The notes below the pieces were generated by a model that did not search any database, was not told the origin of the DNA, and was given only the letters and a program-made list of their open reading frames with translations. From assembly GCF_001194135.2 (NCBI RefSeq), contig NC_068984.1, forward strand, positions 141,774,262 through 141,834,077: a DNA stretch of 59,816 bases, given 5' to 3'. The translations under genes were made by a program, and so were the position numbers. Source of the DNA: Octopus bimaculoides. Its lineage: Eukaryota. Position 1 is the stretch's first letter. Each line of letters opens with the position of its first letter. Below are positions 1 to 11,753 of the stretch, piece by piece.

Positions 1-322
1 TGTGTGCGTGTTTGTGTATATGTATGAACGTGTGTGTTTGAGCGCGTGCGCGTGTGTGTGTGTGTGTTTAAGCATGTGTGTGTCTTTTGTGTGTGTATGA
101 ACGTGTGTGTTTGAGCGTGTGTGTGTGTGTTTTGTGTGCGTGTTTGTGTGTATGTATGAGCGTGTGTGTGTGTTTGTGTATGTATGAACGTGTGTGTTTG
201 AGTGAGCGCGCGTATATGAGTGTTGTGTGTGTGTGTTTGTGTGTATGTATGAACGTGTGTGTTTGAGCGTGCGTGTGTGTTTTGTGTGTGTGTGTGTGCT
301 TTGTGTGTGCGTGTGCGTGCGT
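1..322. repeat. Degenerate (GT)n with higher-order 35-45 bp unit containing gtatgaacgtgtgtgtttgag
   Basis: The unit recurs near 21, 95, 182 and 247. Confidence 0.85.
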
Positions 323-558
323 GAGTCTTTATACATGTCTCCGACACCACTCAATAATCGGTATTGGTTTTATTTATGTCCCCGTAATTTTGCAGTTCGC
401 GAAAAGAGAACGATAAAATAAGTACCAGATTTTAAAAAATAACTCCTGTGGTTGATTTGTTCAACTAAAACCCCTCAAGCATGTGCCCCAGAATGGCCGC
501 AGTCCAGTGACTGGAGCAAGTAAAAGTATGAAAGGAATCATTATGATCAAGGGACACA

Positions 559-1218
559 TGAAAATGTCGGTTTCAAATTTTGGCAGAAGGCCAGAAACTT
601 CGGAAGAGGAGCGAAGTCGATTACATCGACCCCCAGTACTCAACTGGTACTTGATTTATCGACCCCGAAAGGATGAAAGACAAAGTCGACCTGGGGAAAT
701 TTGAACCCAGAACGCAAAGACGGACGAAACGTCGTTAAGTATTTTTCTCGGCACGGCAACGATTTTTATTTCTTTATTGCCCACAAGGGGCTAAACATAG
801 AAGGGACAAACAAGGACAGACAAAGGGATTAAGTCGAGTATATCGACCCCGGTGCGCAACTGGTACTTATTTAATCGACTCCGAAAGGATGAAAGGCAAA
901 GTCGACCTCGGCGGAATTGGAACTCAAAACGTAAAGACGAACGAAATGCCGCTAAGCTTTTCGCCCGGCGTGCTAACGATTCTTATTTCTTTATTGCCCA
1001 CAAGGGGCTAAACATAGAGGGGGCAGACAAGGACAGACAAATGGATTAAATCAATTATATCGACCCCAGTGCGTAACTGGTGCTTATCTAATCGACCCCG
1101 AAAGGGATGAAAGGCAAAGTCAACCTCGGTGGAATTTGAACTCAGAACGTAGCAGCAGACGATATACCGCAAAGCATTTCGCCTGGCATGCTAACGTTTC
1201 TGCCAGCTCGCCGCCTTA
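559..1218 (-). mobile_element. Three stacked family B SINEs (tRNA-like head ggcggcgagctggcagaatcgttagc...)
   Basis: Three consecutive copies of gagttcaaattcc..gtcgactttgcctttcatcctttcggggtcgataaa..gtaccagt; junctions at about 764/765 and 982/983. Confidence 0.9.
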
Positions 1219-1825
1219 GATGTTTTTAAAACATCGAATGGCTATGAATGTTCAGTGGAGTAAAGTAGGAATCAAAAGAGGTCCAAAAGTGAAGAAAAAA
1301 AAATGGTTGAGAAACTCTGCATTAGAGTGAAGAATACAAAACGACTGAAAGAAGCATCTTCAGCGAAATGTTTGAGGATATGATTGATTAGTTCCTAAAA
1401 TTGCGATGTAAAACAGATTTTATTTAACAAACATTGATAACAGATTTTCAGACCTCATGTTGGCGGTGATTGATGATACTAAAAGAGAAATGAGACAGAA
1501 AAGTGATGAATTACGATGTACAAGATACATATTAGCCATTAAAAAAACACAAACGAAAGCTGTTAACCTCATAAACATTTATTATTTGGTGTCAAAATTT
1601 CCGTTGCACCAAATAATAAATGTTTTGTGCCGTTTTAAATGGCTGTAATTGTTTTAATTTCATCTAATGGCCATAGATCATATCACTTGTCGAGCGACTT
1701 CATCTTCGAATTAATGAATTATTTTGGCCAATAAAGACTCTCATTTAGCCGCAGCATCTCTGCAATGATGAGGAGGGGAAAAGAGATGCCAGCCAAACCA
1801 GAAAACGCTGTTATGGACTTGTCTC

Positions 1826-2030
1826 TTTTATTTGTTTCAGTGACAGGACTGCGGCCATGCTGGGGCACCGCCTTGAAGAATTTTCGTATTTTCTTCCTTT
1901 TTTTTTGTTTTAAAGCCTAGTACTTATTCTATCAGTCTTTTTTGCTGAACTGCTAGGTTATGGGGACATAAACACACCAATACCGATTGTCAAGCGGTGG
2001 TGGGAGACAAACAGACACAAACACGCACAA
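1826..2030 (-). mobile_element. Family A SINE, 3' half
   Basis: Reverse of gatagaataagtactaggct..ggcggtgccccagcatggccgcagtc..actgaaacaaat. Confidence 0.8.
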
Positions 2031-2080
<50 letters not shown>

Positions 2081-2324
2081 NNNNNNNNNNNNNNNNNNNN
2101 NNNNNNNNNNNNNNNNNNNNNNNNNNNNNNNNNNNNNNNNNNNNNNNNNNNNNNNNNNNNNNNNNNNNNNNNNNNNNNNNNNNNNNNNNNNNNNNNNNNN
2201 NNNNNNNNNNNNNNCGCTCTCTCCTCTCGCTCTCCCCTCTCGCTCTCTCCTCTCGCTCTCCCCTCTCGCTCTCCCCTCTCGCTCTCCCTCTCTCTCTATC
2301 TGCCGTTTAGTCTATCTCTCTCCC

Positions 2325-2381
<57 letters not shown>

Positions 2382-2520
2382 AGCAGGTTAGTCTATCTCT
2401 CTCACCCCCTTCTCTCTAGTTGTCTGTCTATCTGCCGGTTAGTCTATCTAAAGAAGAGGAAGAAGGGGAAGAAGAAAATGAAGAAAGAAGAGGAGGAGGA
2501 GGACAAGAAGAAGATGAAGA
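2031..2520. repeat. Compound simple repeats: (CTAT)n, 13-bp ctctcgctctccc unit, (GAA/GGA)n
   Basis: Direct reading; interrupted by a gap at 2081-2214. Confidence 0.9.
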
Positions 2521-2683
2521 AGAAGAAAGCGTTAAAAGCCGTCAATAGAAAACTTCGTCGTTAGAAGAGACAACCCGAATGAAGAATAATCGAAAATTCC
2601 GACGAAAGCAATCAGCGATTGACACAAAGATGGAGAAAGACTTAATAAAAATACTAGAATCTACTTCTCGAGAGGAGATAAGA

Positions 2684-2714
<31 letters not shown>

Positions 2715-3060
2715 ATGAAAAACTGGAGCGAATGGAGGAAGTTTAGCCAAGAGGTAGTAAAGGATTATTGTCCTTGCATTATACCATAAACTGTATTAAT
2801 GATGATATCGTTGAGATTGGGATAAAAAAAAACACACAAAAACACGAGGCTTGTGGCTCGTTCAAGAGATCTTTGGCTACTGATAAAAAAAAAGAACAGC
2901 ATAAAAACAAAACCTCGAGCTTTTATCGGCGAAATATTATCAACGTCTACGAGTTGAGCCTCGGTGAGGATATAAATATACCAAATTGTCTGGCATTAGA
3001 AGAACGAATCTAATACAAAAGAGTAAAGCTTCTCATGTGTGAAGAATTATCGGTTAATTT

Positions 3061-3273
3061 TTTTCTACTCTTGGCACAAGGCCCGACATTTTAGTGGGAG
3101 GGGGCCGGTCGATTAGATCGACTCCAGTACGCAACTGGTACTTAATTTATCCACCCCGAAAGGATGAAAGGCAAAGTCGACATCGGCGGAATTTGAACTC
3201 AGAACGTAAAGGCAGACGAAATGCCGTTAAGCATTCCGACCGGCGTGCTAACGTTTCGGCCAGCTCGCCGTCT
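3061..3273 (-). mobile_element. Family B SINE, full length, tail type B1
   Basis: Head to tail match to the other B copies; tail ggcc..ccc..aatgtcgggccttgtgccaagagtagaaaa. Confidence 0.88.
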
Positions 3274-3337
3274 TCAGAATTTGTAATTAATATTCTTTTC
3301 TACTCTAGGCACAAGGCCCTAGAGTAGAAAAGACAGA

Positions 3338-3380
<43 letters not shown>

Positions 3381-3381
<1 letters not shown>

Positions 3382-3546
3382 GACGGGATTCTTTCAGTTT
3401 CCGCCTACCAAATCCACTCACAAGCTTTGGTCAGCCCGAGGCTATAGTAGAAGACACTTGCCCAAGGTGCCACACAGTAATGGGACTGAACCCGGAACCG
3501 TGTGGTTGGTAAGCAAGCTATTTACCACACAGCCACTCCTGCGCCT
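3381..3546 (-). mobile_element. Family A SINE, 5' half (tRNA-like head plus conserved central domain)
   Basis: Reverse of aggcgcaggagtggctgtgtggtaa..ggttccgggttcagtccca..ccttgggcaagtgtcttctactatagcc..gatttggtaggcggaaactgaaagaatcccgtcg. Confidence 0.9.
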
Positions 3547-4104
3547 GTAAAACAGAGAAAGAAATGTAGCTGTTCCTTGCAAAAAATACACCGAAAGCAA
3601 AATATTTTCATGAACACTTAAAATATTATTGTGGGTCCCTATTTTACTATTTTGCTTGCGTGGACCCGTGAACATTTGATATGGATCCCTCGGGTCCATA
3701 TGGGTTACGAACCAATGGTTTAGAGCATTTAATGTTTGCATGAAGGTCATTACAAGAGAATATGGTGAAGACGGAAATTTGAGGTTGTTCTGAAAAATGC
3801 ATAAACAACGAACTATATTGAAGATATGAAGGCATAGAAGAAAATTTATCTCAGTTTGGCTGGGTTGTAAGTAAGTATTCGATTCTGTTCCTTATTTGTG
3901 GTTCATTGGGAACTCTTCAGGGTGCCAAAATTCTAGAAACCATAATCAAAGCTAGGGTGATTTCACCCCAAAGTTAATTTCAGGAAGTGACTGCATTGTC
4001 CTCTGATAAATAAGATAAGCTTTCGCAGCAGAAATGCTGTTTATAATGGCCTTTGTTATTTTTTGCTGGCAAAATCCGTCCGTATACATACATACATACA
4101 TGTA

Positions 4105-4484
4105 TGGAGGCGCAATGGCCCAGTGATTAGGGCAGAGGACTTGCGGTCTTAGGATCGTGGTTTCGATTCCCAGACCGGGCGTTGTGAGTGTTTATTGAGC
4201 GAAAACACCTAAAGCTCCACGAGGCTCCGACAGGGGGAGGTGGTGAACTCTGCTGTACTCTTTCACCACAACTTTCTCTCACTCTTTCTTCCTGTTGCTG
4301 TTGTAACTGTATTTCAAAGGGTCAGCCTTGTCACACTCTGTGTCACGTTGAATCTCCCAGAGAACAACGTTAAGGGTACACGTGTCTGTGGAGTGCTCAA
4401 CCACTTGCACGTTAATTTCACGAGCAGACTGTTCCGATGATCGGATCCACTGAAACCCTCGTCGTCGTAACCGACGGAGTGCCA
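4105..4484 (+). mobile_element. Family C SINE, long-body variant, full length
   Basis: tRNA-like head (tggcccagtgatt; ggtttcgattccc), body, tail ..gtcgtcgtaaccgacggagtgcca. Confidence 0.9.
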
Positions 4485-4650
4485 CTAGTTTGAAGGAACA
4501 GCGACTGCTGTTTCTAGCAGGACCGGTCATTTCTAATCTTGTATAACAACGAGTCAATTATATCTCGCAGTAGTTATGTAAGGGAGACAACTTAGTAACA
4601 ATTTATTTCTCACAAGAGTAATGTCCCATATTTTGTCACCGTAATCGCTA

Positions 4651-4800
4651 CTCTCTTTTACTCTTTTACTTGTTTCAGTCATTTGACTGTGGCCATGCTG
4701 GAGCACCGCCTTTAGTCGAACAAATCGAGCCCAGGACTTATTCTTTGGAAGCCTAGTACTTATTCAATCGTTCCTTTTTGCCGAACCGCTAAGTTACGGA
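4651..4800 (-). mobile_element. Family A SINE, 3' end with (gtaaaaga)n tail
   Basis: Matches the 3' end of the 41707-42104 copy. Confidence 0.88.
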
Positions 4801-4801
4801 A

Positions 4802-5854
4802 AACCTGTGGATTGGGGATTTGAGCCTGAAAGTGTGGGTGGAGGACAGGATTCCTCGTTGTTTAAAATGTGGCCAGAAAGGCCACATAAGAGCGAACTAA
4901 AATGGTAGAAGAGCGACATCCAACACCACAGGAGAGGATGCAAGAAGTAGAAGTAGAAAGAGAAACTCCAGTATTAGAAGATAGGGAATGGGAAACAGCC
5001 GGGAGGAGAAAAAAAAAAGAAAAAGAAAGAAGGTAAGTACTTGTGAATCCCAACCCACCCAGTGCCCGCCCTCTCCCTTTTCACCACACCCTCCCCATGC
5101 AGACACCAAACCTACCCATTCCCCTCCAACAACAAAACAGAAAAGAAATACGAGCCCACATGATGTAGATACGGTTCCCCCTCCCCCTGTTTGTTTTGCT
5201 TGCGTTCTGTGTGCGGACGCGGAGGATGACATTGTAAACCGGGTGAGCGAGTGGAAGGATGGGGCTGAAGGGGAATTCTGGGGTGAAGATGGTGAGACTA
5301 TGATATGCCAATTATTGGTTGGCACTCCGTCGGTTACGACGACGAGTGTTCAAGTTGATCCGATCAACGGAACAGCCTGCTCGTGAAATTAACATGCAAG
5401 TGGTTGAGCACTCCACAGACACGTGTACCCTTAACGGGGAGATTCAGCGTGACACAGTGTGACAAGGCTGACCCTTTGAATTACAGGCACAACAGAAACA
5501 GGAAGTAAGAATGAGAGAAAGTTGTGGTGAAAGAGTACAGCAGGGTTCGCCACCATCCCCTGCCGGAGCCTCGTGGAGCTTTAGGTGTTTTCGCTCAATA
5601 AACACTCACAACGTCCGGTCTGGGAATCGAAACCGCGATCCTAAGACCGCGAGTCCGCTGCCCTAACCACTGGGCCATTGCGCCTCCACATGCCAATTAT
5701 TAAATAAGGCACAAATGGAAATAGTTAAAAAGAATGATAAAGGTATTGAGTTGTGGAAGGTGATCTGGAAAAGAGAGAAATTGCCAGAACAGACTTGTTA
5801 TACCGAACTAAAAAAAGACCATGGTATTGAACTGTTGGATTTTAGATATATATA
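4802..5854 (+). pseudogene. Decayed LINE ORF1/gag-like remnant with CCHC zinc knuckle, split by the SINE at 5317-5689
   Basis: RCLKCGQKGHIRAN* at 4856-4900 fits CX2CX4HX4C with the last Cys replaced by TAA; removing the SINE and one TSD joins ..ETMICQLL to NKAQMEIVKK..FRYI* in frame. Confidence 0.6.
5317..5689 (-). mobile_element. Family C SINE, long-body variant, with 12-bp TSD
   Basis: TSD atgccaattatt at 5305-5316 and 5690-5701; near-identical inverse of 4105-4484. Confidence 0.92.
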
Positions 5855-6039
5855 ATTGAACGGCAAAACGGTTTCAATGTAACCACTCGACTTCGGGGGT
5901 CGAGTGGGCATTCCGCCTCATTATATCATCTTTTTCATGATTCATTCGTTTCTTTTAATTTTGCTTCTTTCTTTATGCCTCCGTTTTATAATTTTAGTTC
6001 CCCGATATTGTGTTTGTACCGTCTATGTTGGCCCCTGGT

Positions 6040-6228
6040 GGGTAATAAAGAAATCGAAATCGATATTTCGTCTGTCTTTATGTTCTGAGTTCAAATTCCG
6101 CCGAGGTCGACTTTGCCTTTCATCCTTTCGGGGTGGATAAATTAAGTACCAGTTGCGTACTGCGGTCGAGCTAATCGACTGGCCCCCTCCCCCAAAATTT
6201 CGGGCCTTGTGCCTACATTAGAAAAGAA
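6040..6228 (+). mobile_element. Family B SINE (5'-truncated, B1 tail); a more decayed minus-strand copy follows at about 6275-6420
   Basis: ttctgagttcaaattccgccgaggtcgactttgcctttcatcctttcgg..gggccttgtgccta. Confidence 0.85.
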
Positions 6229-7104
6229 TAATATCTATAATTATTTCAAAGTTTTGCACAAAGTCAACTATTTGAGAGGAATGGTAAGTCGATTATTTTG
6301 ACCCCAGTTTTTAACTGTTACGTATGTTATCGACCCTAAATGACTGAAAAGCAAAGCTCATCTGGGCAGGATTTGAACTTAAAACATAAAGAGCCGGAAC
6401 AAATGACGCAAAGTGATTTTCCTGACGTTTTCTTACAACAGAATATCATGGGACAGTCTGGGTTAATTTTTTTGGACTCGTCCTACACCAGAAACTTATT
6501 TAAAGGAATAGGAAATTGATATTTTGTAAAGAATCATTGAGAAAATATATTATTAGGGGGGCAAACAATCATAATTTATATCTCAATGAATCGCTTTAAC
6601 GAAAGATTGGGTCGTGTCTGAAGAAGACAAAGTGTAGAGAAAGAACCGTGACAGCCAAGACCATTCCAACCAACGTCTTCACACATTTGAGAAATTGAAA
6701 GGGAAGAGGAACCTAGAAAGGTAAATTTTAAAAATAACTACTTCACGAATTGTTGGAAGATACGGAATTAAGAGAGAGAGGTTTCAAAATACGGTTTGCA
6801 ATAGATAGCTTTGTTAGTAAAGAACGATTTTGTCTTTGTGTGTTAAACCTTTAAACACGAAGATATCTAACGAATTAAATTAATTTTTTTTATTCTCATT
6901 ATCTCTACTTTGTCTCAGAAATATTTATTATATCCAGTGACAAGTTTCTTGCAGGTATTAATTCTAATCTTAGAGAGAATGGACACGTGTTTTCTTTCAT
7001 GAACTCAATCAGAGACTTACCACTGTCCAAGAATATTGTTGTATAATAATAATGATTATTCTGGCCTTTTGCCTTATTGTGAAACCATAATAATAATAAT
7101 AATC

Positions 7105-7530
7105 AGGCGGTGAGCTGGCAGAATCGTTAGAGCGCTGGACGAAATTCTTAGCGGAATTTCCCCCGCCGCTACATTCTGAGTTCAAATTCCGCCGAGGTCG
7201 ACTTTCCTTTTCATTCTTTCGGGGTCGATAAATTAAGTACCAGTGAAACACTGTGGTCGATATCGACCAGTCCCCTTTTCCAAAATTTCAGGCCTTGTGC
7301 CTTTAATAGATTTCTATAATAATTATTATTAAGGTGACCGAGTCGTTACTGCACTGGGCAAAATGCTTAGCGGCATTTCGTCTGTCTTTACATTCTGAGT
7401 TCAAATTCCATTGAGGTCGACTTTGCCTTTCATCTTTTCGAGGTTGATAAAATAAGAACCTGTTGAGTACTGGGGTCGATGCAATCGACAAATCCCCTCC
7501 TCGAAAATTTCAGGTCTTTTGCCTATAACA
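7105..7530 (+). mobile_element. Two tandem family B SINEs separated by an AAT-rich spacer
   Basis: Copies at about 7105-7300 and 7333-7530, same body motif. Confidence 0.85.
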
Positions 7531-7944
7531 GAACTTATCGCAATATCCTTTCAACCTGCCAATTGTATTAGAGTACCCTGTACGTAAGTAACTCTTACAA
7601 TAATAGGAGAGTATTGTAGTTTGCTTGAAGCATTGTGTATTGTTTGTAAAATATAACGTGTCTTGAATGGCACAACCCTGCAGAGTGAACTATAATAACT
7701 ATGGATAATTAAATTATAACAGTTATTATAGTCCACTCTGCAGTGTTGTGTCATTCAAGACGTGTTATATTTTACTTATATTAATAATAATAATAGATTC
7801 TGAAAACCTCGCTTCTTTAAATTCGATCAAAACCGGTCCACGTCAAGTTTTCTCTGTATTTTAAAAGTTCTCCAGAATTCCTTTCTTAATGCATTCTTGT
7901 AGGGTTATCGCCTAACTGAATGGACTTTCTTATTTAGGTTTTTA

Positions 7945-8328
7945 ATATCTTCTACTTGTTTGTCATTAGACCGCGACCATGCTGGGGTACCGCCTTAGCG
8001 AGTTTTTAGTCGAATGAATCGATCCTGGTACTTATTTTCTTAAAGCATGGTAATTACTTTCTTAGTTTCTTTCGCCGAAACGCTAAGTTACCGGTACGTA
8101 AACCCATCAACACCGGTTGTCAAACTGTGTCAGGGGACGGACAAGAAGACACTTAGTCACGCACACACGACAGGCTTCTTTGTTTCTGTCTACCATATTC
8201 CCTCGCAAGGCTTTGGTTGGCCCGAGGCTATCGTAGAAGACACCTGCCCAAGGTGTCACGCAGTGGGACTGAACCCGGAACCGTGTGGTTGGGAAGCAAC
8301 CTACTTAACACACAAACACACCTGCGCT
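7945..8328 (-). mobile_element. Family A SINE, full length
   Basis: Head at 8328, central domain, (CA)-rich linker, 3' module. Confidence 0.85.
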
Positions 8329-9872
8329 TAATGTCTTAAACAAAACAAAAATGCAGCCAAGCACGGGATTATGTGGGCCTAGACACTCTTAAAAACCATC
8401 TCCAACTCCGCAAAATTCCCTGAATATCTTTTGCTCAGTGATCTGCTGGATGAAGGCAAACCTTGGTTAAGCCATAAAACTTTCTTAGGTACCATTGCTG
8501 ACTGTCTGATAATGAAGTCTAACATTGAACACGGCTGGTTGTTGTTGCCGTCTATTTTCTGAAAACCCACGCACAATAAGTATAGAGCTGTCTTATCAGT
8601 TCGAACTAGTTTTCTTGATAAATTGTTATCGGTGTTGAAGTTGACAATTGTCCCTTTGGAAGAGTAGAGAATGTTAAACAGTGATATCACGATCAAAGTT
8701 CTCGATGCATTTTAAACAAAAATTTAGACTTTGGTTAACACTTCAAATAATTAAAGTTTTACTGTGTCGTAAATAACATTTTAGCTTCTAGATTTTATAT
8801 CTATAATAATTTAGTATTAAAGATTTGTTTAGCCCAAGGTCGTTCTGATTAAGCAGACCTTACGCTTAACACGTTAACCACCACAGCCTGTTACTGGAAC
8901 TTACCGGTGATACCACGCATTTCGCGCGCTATTGCTGTCCACGTTTAATTACAGGGAATTGAAATTTTTATAACTTTTTACAATAGTTCATAATACTTCA
9001 ATATTTAGAACGTATGATATTTAAATGTCCTCAAAGCCATGTTATCCATTTAATGCCCGAAATTTTTGAAGTCGTTTGTTGCATTCACATACATTGTACG
9101 CTTTAAGCATTTTAGAAGTTCACAACAAAATTTTGTGAATATTGCTCGATGAATTATCTTCAGAAAGGTATTTGATGTCTAAATTTGTGAAATTATTTTG
9201 TATGAATAATTTCGTTTGAAACAAAAAAAGCGGAAGATAAATCATAGGTTGGGTATTTATAAATGAGTTAAAGCTACAAAATGAAAAATATTTTCTGAAA
9301 CTATGAAAATGTACCACCGGTGAAACATGGCAGTTGTGCGAAGTTTGCGATGAACCACCAGTGGTATGTGTAGCGGTTAATTTCTAGACACGACCACTTC
9401 GTCCCTATCAGTATCTATGACTACATATCTACAATTTTCGCTTAAGATTGTAGAGTATAATTTGAGGGAGATTTGGCTGGTATTAGCAGGCGGAGCAATC
9501 TCGTAGACTTCATCGTTATTTCGTAATTATATCTAATAAAAGCATTTGCAGCAGCGAAGTCGATTATATTTATCCAGTATTTAACGGGTACTATATCGGC
9601 CAAGTCTCGTTGAGACATTTAATCTGTTGCTCTACCGAATCTAAAATAGATTAAAATATTTGAATTTAAAATGGGTTAAAATATTTGAATGTATCTGATG
9701 CAGTTGTTTTAAAGAGTTCATTTATATCTAAATCCTGTAGAGGCAGAATTGGATCTTCATGTAAAAATGCATCTCACTAGTGGATTTACACAAGCAACAG
9801 TGGTTAAAAATCTGTATCCTCTATCAGCTCTGCCCCGGTAAATCAAAAGCGAAAACTGCTAAATCCTCGTTT

Positions 9873-9965
9873 TACGCCATATGCCCACGGCCATATGGCG
9901 TAGTGGTTAAGAGCGTAGGCTACTAACCCCAAAGTTCCGAGTTCGATTCCAAGCAGTGACTTTTT
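9873..9965 (+). mobile_element. Family D tRNA-like Pol III head with 5' inverted hairpin
   Basis: A box TGGCGTAGTGG 9896-9906, B box AGTTCGATTCC 9940-9950, T5 at 9961-9965; preceded by a 14-bp inverted copy of its own start (13/14). The acceptor stem does not close, so it is not a tRNA gene. Confidence 0.7.
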
Positions 9966-10199
9966 ATCCTGAAGTCTGCTTAAATCGGGGCTGATTCGGG
10001 CATAACAGTAGCACTGAAGATATTTCCTTGTCGGAATATGAAATTATGAAAGAGATCAGTCCTTGTAAATAGGGAAGATGCCATTAGAAATAAACAGGAA
10101 GTTCGCGTTTCGTGTGTGAATCCTGATGAGTCGGTATCTCAGAATGCCAACACCACCACCACCAGCACCCACAAAGTACACCATCCTATATTTAAGATG

Positions 10200-10520
10200 G
10201 TGCTGCACCCGAAAACAAGCCATTGCTTAGTATGAAGTCACCCATCACACACTATCCCCTGGCATACAGATTTCCTGTGTCTCCTCTTTGTGCCTTTTCT
10301 ACCGTTACTACACCTTGCTTCATAGAGATGACTGGCCTTGTGCCGCCTCCCTCGAGTATTCCCCATCCGCTATTGTCCCACTCAGGTCCCTTAACCACGA
10401 TACCAAGTCCTTTCACCACAAAACATCAGTTCTCTGGAATTCTGCTTCTGTCCAGATTTTCCTGTAAACGTTTACTCGCAAGGATTCAAGGGGAATATTA
10501 ACGATTTTGCGAGTCTTGGA
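10200..10520 (+). mobile_element. CR1/L2-group LINE 3' fragment
   Basis: LCLFYRYY..EMTGLVPPP and WNSASVQIFP..QGFKGNIN-like stretches across shifted frames. Confidence 0.5.
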
Positions 10521-11526
10521 GTCTTGTTAAGATTAAGAATACGTCCCCTCCCTTCCTCCAGTCTTAGAGAGGAAACCCTGAAATGAAAAGAATAACTACG
10601 AAGTAATTCCATCTGCTAAAAGAATTGCCATATTCTTCACCACACTCTGCTTTAAAAGTACCGTTTCTATAGATTCGTGTGAAGCAAATAAATGGAATGG
10701 TCATGACTGCCTTTGACCAGGGACGAGGTTGACGGGACAAGAGACGACATATTAAACCGCATCGACATTTGAAGTAGATATTAAAGCTACGTTTGTGATT
10801 TGCAATATTAAATATGGAAAAAGAAACGAATTATATCTTCACACAAAGGCGGACTCCCTAAAATCGCTACAGAAGTAACTAAATCGTAGATTGTACCACA
10901 GAATCGAAGACAAACGAAACTATAACCAAACTAATTTCCTTTCGGTATCTTAATTTTTCAAAGTTTCTTATAAATATTTTGTCAACTGTTATGGAGCATA
11001 ATTACAATTTCATTTTATTCTTAATTTGATTTTAAGTTACTCTTGTAATATTTTTAAGCAACAGAACTGGACGACTGAATTGCAGAGTCCAAACTTCGTT
11101 GCGGTTTTAGTTCCGATTCTTTATGCTCAGTTCAAATTTGTCAAGGTCACTTTTGTTTTTTTCAGCCTTGGTGGCCGTTTAGACAACAGACCAGTCCAAG
11201 AAAGGGAATGGCGGAATTATTAAAGCGTCGGTAGGATGGCTTGCGGTAGTTCTGGTTTTGTACACTCTGAGTTCAAATTCCGTTCTGTTGCCGAAACTAA
11301 CTGACATCATTTCTGTCAGGATCTGCGACTGACAAATAGCTTAAATAATTTGAACAACGAAGGAAACTAACCTTCATTGATTCAATCAGTGGTACCACAG
11401 GGTGGTCCGTAAGTCTTGTTACCCACTACCAAAAAGTACTAAGACCAATAACGGAACATAGGGGAACATTATAAGAACAATAGAGGAACACTATAATAAT
11501 ATCAAACGCATGTACTGGTTTTAGTA

Positions 11527-11753
11527 TTGGGTTGTCCGGAAAGTTCGTGCCGATTTTAAAGGAGAGATAAAGGTCAATAAATGCTTGCCATTACATTTTT
11601 AATCAACCAAATATGAACCATTTTGTTGCACAATGCGTCTCCATCTTTCCTTTAACTTGAAAATACCTTCTTCCCAGAATTGAGTTGGTTTCATGGCAAA
11701 TAAGTCGAAAGGTAAGCTACTATAAATCGGCACGAACTTTCCGGACGACCCAA
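11527..11753 (-). mobile_element. Mariner deletion derivative (MITE-like)
   Basis: 30-bp TIR ttgggt(t/c)gtccggaaagttcgtgccgattt, TA on both sides; minus strand encodes FWEEGIFKLKERWRRIVQQNGSYLVD*, a mariner transposase C-terminus. Confidence 0.92.

Noticed and set aside
3245-3280. Hammerhead-like CTGAAGA-c-ggc-gagctg-gcc-GAAACGTT on the minus strand
   Set aside because: It is the family B SINE head plus chance flanking CTGAA; stem I is only 1-2 bp and other B copies lack the core.
8379-8696. 105-aa minus-strand ORF
   Set aside because: No family motif or splice context; length is within chance expectation.
9889-9960. tRNA gene (Ser-ACT-like)
   Set aside because: The acceptor and T stems do not pair; it is a SINE-type head. 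The same applies to the heads of families A, B and C.
10123-10160. CTGATGAG heptamer
   Set aside because: No stem II or GAAA follows; likewise for CTGANGA hits near 15790(-), 23471, 34911, 35660(-) and 59343.
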